Shown here: one piece after another, positions 63,536 to 64,000 of the stretch | Layout of the letters: each line of letters opens with the position of its first letter | Numbering within the stretch: the first letter of the stretch is position 1 | DNA from: Trypanosoma brucei | Lineage: Eukaryota | Direction: 5' to 3' | NCBI GenBank assembly: GCA_000002445.1 | Contig: CH464491.1 | Location: 3,616,001 to 3,680,000 of the forward strand | Length of the DNA stretch: 64,000 nucleotides | Translations under genes and position numbers: made by a program | The notes under the pieces: model-generated | Databases searched by the model: none | What the model saw: the letters and a program-made list of their open reading frames with translations, nothing else | Told to the model about the DNA's origin: nothing

Positions 63536-64000
63536 GATGACTTTTGTGGTGTCGATACTTTTCCCCTTTCTGTTTCTTCTTCTATGTTCTTGTTTTCCCC
63601 CGAGGAGGGGATTTGATTCGTTTCCGGCTGCTTCCCTTCCCTTCCGTTTTGTTTTACTTGCATCTCTGTCTCTGTATGGTTAGCGTTTGGAGAGATGGTT
63701 ATTACAACCCCCCCTTTTTTTTTGGCACACTCCCGTTAGTTTTTTCCCCTCTCATATGTATGACTGCGGTTACATATATTTTTGTAGTTGCGCAGGAAAT
63801 CTGAGGGATCACTACCGTATTTCAGGAGGAGCGTGCTGTGACAGCGGGTCTGTTGTCTCGACCTTTTAACACACTCAAAGGGGTGACAGTACGTGGCAGC
63901 GGACACATCGTTGCTGTTGCGCACCTGACATGTATCCCCCAGGAGTGCAATAAGTGTGTCTTCTTAACATATATATTTTTTCTTTTTCATATGTTGACGA

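Noticed and set aside
1-64000. A prokaryotic-style novel defence, CRISPR or mobile-element system
   Set aside because: There are no direct repeats with unique spacers, no Cas-like, integrase, transposase or toxin-antitoxin ORFs, and no Shine-Dalgarno or operon organisation. The composition, gene content and motif matches are eukaryotic and kinetoplastid throughout.

Overview
This window reads as nuclear DNA from a kinetoplastid, most like Trypanosoma brucei, and contains no prokaryotic-style defence or mobile system. All credible coding regions lie on the + strand as one dense, intron-less, head-to-tail array, which is the polycistronic transcription-unit layout expected of a kinetoplastid. 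Between genes there are polypyrimidine tracts typical of trans-splicing/polyadenylation signals, plus long low-complexity stretches carrying (TA)n, (TG)n, (TTG)n, (ATT)n and (AAAT)n microsatellites. I support about 31 protein-coding genes. The better-identified ones are: a DEGD-variant DEAD-box helicase, a mitochondrial-type J-protein, a Sec13/Seh1-like WD40 protein, AMMECR1, a CX5R dual-specificity phosphatase, a 2H phosphoesterase, centrin, a kinesin, IMP3 (U3 snoRNP), a ubiquitin E2, a Mut7-C nuclease-domain protein, SmD1-like, PAN3, DNAAF1/LRRC50-like, GDP-L-fucose synthase, three cyclins (one PHO80-type, embedded in a long low-complexity region), a SPRY protein and two PTB-like RRM proteins. 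Two things stand out. First, a near-identical tandem pair of two-RRM, Ala/Lys/Pro-rich nucleolar-type RNA-binding protein genes differs by a 51-nt N-terminal indel and matches my recollection of the T. brucei p34/p37 (NRBD1/NRBD2) pair. Second, a large receptor-like protein fuses an ectodomain, two transmembrane segments, a degenerate class-III nucleotide-cyclase homology domain and a C-terminal STE-like protein kinase. No tRNA, rRNA, CRISPR or transposon is supportable. The ORFs on the minus strand are short, overlap + strand genes or sit in low-complexity DNA, and I treat them as spurious. The hint of an 'undescribed system' is not borne out. The genuinely interesting material is eukaryotic: gene-conversion-maintained RNA-binding-protein paralogs, a cyclase-kinase fusion receptor, a Cys-for-Ser trypsin-fold protein and unusually long, compositionally structured UTR regions around the RNA-binding-protein genes. 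Every protein-family assignment rests on motifs I read directly in the translations; none was checked by a database search.
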